NCBI GenBank assembly: GCA_963793875.1
Contig: CAWCBS010000007.1
Location: 23,489 to 87,488 of the forward strand
DNA: 64,000 bases
Direction of reading: 5' to 3'
Origin: an uncultured Chloroflexia bacterium
Lineage (GTDB): Bacteria > Chloroflexota > Dormibacteria > Aeolococcales > Aeolococcaceae
Below the pieces are notes generated by a model. That model ran no database searches and was not told the DNA's origin. It saw nothing but the letters and a program-made list of their open reading frames with translations. Positions 61,771-64,000 of this stretch are shown here, one piece after another (within the stretch, counting starts at the first letter, position 1; the number at the start of each line of letters is the position of its first letter). The position numbers and the translations under genes were made by a program.

Positions 61771-63777
61771 TCATTTCGCGATCCCCGCGGCCACCATCAC
61801 GGCGATGGTGAAGATCAGCACGAAGAGCACCATGTAGGAGGCGTAGTCGCGGATCAGCCCCGTCTGAGCGCTCCGGAAGGCGGCGCTGAAGTCGGTGGCG
61901 ACGCCGGAGACGCCCTTGATCCAGCTGTCCATCACCGGGTCTCCGACCCGGCGCAGCCCGCGAGCCAGGGCCCGGGTGGGCCGGACCAGGAGGGCGTCGT
62001 AGAGCTCGTCGAAGTACAGCTTGTGGAAGGAGAGCCGGGGCAGCAGGCGCAGCCCGGGGCGGGCCAGGGCGCGCGAGGGGTCGAGGTCGCGGCGCACCCA
62101 GATCCGGAGCGCGAGCCCGATCCCGATCAGGCTGCAGACCAGGCCGATGAAGAAGCCGATCAGCCCCAGGCCGGTGTTCGGCTCCTTGGCGATCGCGCTC
62201 CCGGCGCTCGTGAAGACCGGGTTGAGGAAGGCGTCGATGAGGTGGGGGCCGAAGGCGACCGGCCACTGCAGCGCCCAGCCCGCGAGCGCCGAGAGACCGG
62301 CCAGGATGACCACGGGCCACAGCATCACCGAGCGGGCCTCGTGCGCCTCGCGGGCACGGTCGGAGTTCGGCTCGCCCCGGAAGACCCGGCCGTAGAGACG
62401 GAAGGCGTAGAGGCCGGTGAGCACGTTGACGCCGATGCCGACGATGTAGAGCGCCGGTGAGCCGGGGCCGTTGATCAGGCCGAAGCCGAGCAGGTCCTCC
62501 TTGGAGAACATGCCCGCAAAGAGGAAGCCGGCCAGGGCCAGCGAGCCGACCAGGAAGCTCCAGGCGGTGACCCGCATCCGGGAGTCGAGGCCGCCCATCT
62601 CGCGGATGTCCTGCTCGTCGTGGACGGCGTGGATCACGTTGCCGGCGGCGAGGAAGAGGAGCGCCTTGAAGAAGGCGTGGAGCAGGAACTGGTACATCCC
62701 GGCGGCGTAGGCGCCGATCCCCACCGCGAAGATCATCAGCCCGATCTGGGACATCGTGGAGTAGGCGATCACCCGCTTGATGTCGATCTGGGAGAGGGCG
62801 ATGAAGCCGGCCATGACCGCCGTGCCCATGCCCACGCAGGCGACCATCCCCGAGGCGATCGGTGCCAGGTCGAAGAGGGCGTGGAAGCGGGCGATCAGGT
62901 AGACGCCGGCGGTCACCATGGTGGCGGCGTGGATCAGGGCCGAGACCGGGGTGGGGCCCTCCATGGCGTCGGGCAGCCAGGTGTGGAGGGGGAACTGGGC
63001 GCTCTTGGCGAAGGCCGCGACCGCCAGCAGAATGCAGATCAGGGTGATCAGTGGGCTGCCCGCGCCCAGCGAGGAGGCGTGGGCGAAGATCTGGGGCAGG
63101 CTCAGGGTGTGCAGGGCCTGGACTTCCTCCCCGCACCCGGAGCTGGGCGGACAAACCGGAACCACCGCAGTCAGGTTGACGAAGATCAGGAAGCCGGCGA
63201 TCACCAGGGCCACGTCGCCGATCACCTGGGTGATGAACGCCTTGCGGGCGGCCAGCACCGCGCTCTCACGCGCGTACCAGAAGCCGATCAGCAGGTAGCT
63301 GGAGAGCGCCACCGCCGCCCAGCCGATGATCAGGATCACCAGGTTGGCGGCCAGCACCAGCAGGGCCATCGAGAAGATGAAGAAGTTCATGTAGCTGAAG
63401 AAGCGCGCCACCCCCTCGTCGTGCTCCATGTAGCCGACCGAGTAGACGTGGATCAGCAGCCCCACCCCGGTGATGACCAGCAGCATCAGCACCGAGAGCG
63501 GGTCGACGGTGACGTCGACCGAGACATTGAGGTTGCCCGAGCCGAGGTTGAGCCAGTTCCAGAGGGTCGCGGTCGTCGACTGATGACCCGAGGCCGCGCC
63601 CAGGACCTCCACGAAGATGACCAGGGTGACCACGAAGGCGGCCCCGATCGAGAGGGTGCCGGCGAGGTTGACGAAGCGGCGGCCGAGCACCGGCCCGAGC
63701 AGTCCGCAGAGCGCGCTGCCCAGGAGCGGGAAGAGCAGCACCAGCCCGGCGAGCAGGGCGGCGGTCGAGGTGCTCAT
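61771..63777 (-). CDS. nuoL: NADH-quinone oxidoreductase subunit L
   Basis: 668 aa antiporter-like subunit with a long C-terminal extension (...HTWLPDAMEGPTPVSALIHAATMV...). Confidence 0.85.
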   Translation of the reverse strand: MSTSTAALLAGLVLLFPLLGSALCGLLGPVLGRRFVNLAGTLSIGAAFVVTLVIFVEVLGAASGHQSTTATLWNWLNLGSGNLNVSVDVTVDPLSVLMLLVITGVGLLIHVYSVGYMEHDEGVARFFSYMNFFIFSMALLVLAANLVILIIGWAAVALSSYLLIGFWYARESAVLAARKAFITQVIGDVALVIAGFLIFVNLTAVVPVCPPSSGCGEEVQALHTLSLPQIFAHASSLGAGSPLITLICILLAVAAFAKSAQFPLHTWLPDAMEGPTPVSALIHAATMVTAGVYLIARFHALFDLAPIASGMVACVGMGTAVMAGFIALSQIDIKRVIAYSTMSQIGLMIFAVGIGAYAAGMYQFLLHAFFKALLFLAAGNVIHAVHDEQDIREMGGLDSRMRVTAWSFLVGSLALAGFLFAGMFSKEDLLGFGLINGPGSPALYIVGIGVNVLTGLYAFRLYGRVFRGEPNSDRAREAHEARSVMLWPVVILAGLSALAGWALQWPVAFGPHLIDAFLNPVFTSAGSAIAKEPNTGLGLIGFFIGLVCSLIGIGLALRIWVRRDLDPSRALARPGLRLLPRLSFHKLYFDELYDALLVRPTRALARGLRRVGDPVMDSWIKGVSGVATDFSAAFRSAQTGLIRDYASYMVLFVLIFTIAVMVAAGIAK

Positions 63778-63790
63778 CGGCGCGTCGCCC

Positions 63791-64000
63791 TCATCGCTTC
63801 ATCTCATCGAGGTCGTCGACGTCCAGCTCTCGGCCGATGCTGAAGACCCGGGTCAGCAGCCCGAGCCCGACCACCACCTCGGCGGCGGCCACCACGATCA
63901 CCATGAAGGCGAAGACCTGCCCCTCCTCGCTGCTGAGGAAGTTGGAGTAGCCGACCAGGGCCAGGTTGACCGCGTTGAGCATCAGCTCGATGCACATGAA
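63791..64000 (-). CDS. nuoK: NADH-quinone oxidoreductase subunit K (5' end outside the window)
   Basis: ...MCIELMLNAVNLALV...FAFMVIVVAAAEVVVGLGLL... is typical of NuoK. The ORF runs off the window edge. Confidence 0.75.
   Translation of the reverse strand, partial: FMCIELMLNAVNLALVGYSNFLSSEEGQVFAFMVIVVAAAEVVVGLGLLTRVFSIGRELDVDDLDEMKR

Overview
High-GC bacterial chromosomal window (spot counts of 67-77% G+C in core genes) with two distinct parts. (1) Positions 1 to about 15.8 kb are a decayed accessory and mobile mosaic. It holds four co-oriented copies of a 115-221 bp repeat whose right ends all fall in or next to a tRNA-Arg(UCU) anticodon-loop sequence. Two copies run on into a 3' tRNA half; no 5' half is present. 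The mosaic also holds an IS1380-family element, an IS30-family element with an IS21-family element nested inside it (all with readable target duplications), an IS5/IS1182-type transposase remnant, and a convergent partial tRNA-Gly(UCC). Gene content there includes a truncated HigB, a HigA-like gene, a Fic gene, several gene fragments (BNR tail, 5'-truncated MFS transporter) and a low-GC two-gene insert. (2) From about 15.9 to 64 kb the content is mostly core and regulatory. It includes an APC permease and a class-III aminotransferase with divergent promoters, and an ECF sigma/anti-sigma pair. It also includes an EAL-GAF-GGDEF protein, two orphan histidine kinases (one fused to a LacI-type ligand-binding domain), a Crp-family regulator and a CpaB-TadB-TadC cluster with no ATPase. 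A complete-looking LysW-carrier (alpha-aminoadipate type) lysine operon is preceded by a Lys-rich leader ORF and a strong terminator hairpin. The window ends with nuoK(partial)-L-M-N. Several genes carry in-frame stops or frameshifts. Most long ORFs antisense to real genes are GC-driven artefacts. The most unusual signal is the anticodon-loop-terminated repeat family that divides the left 12 kb into cassette-like segments. No integrase lies within the window.
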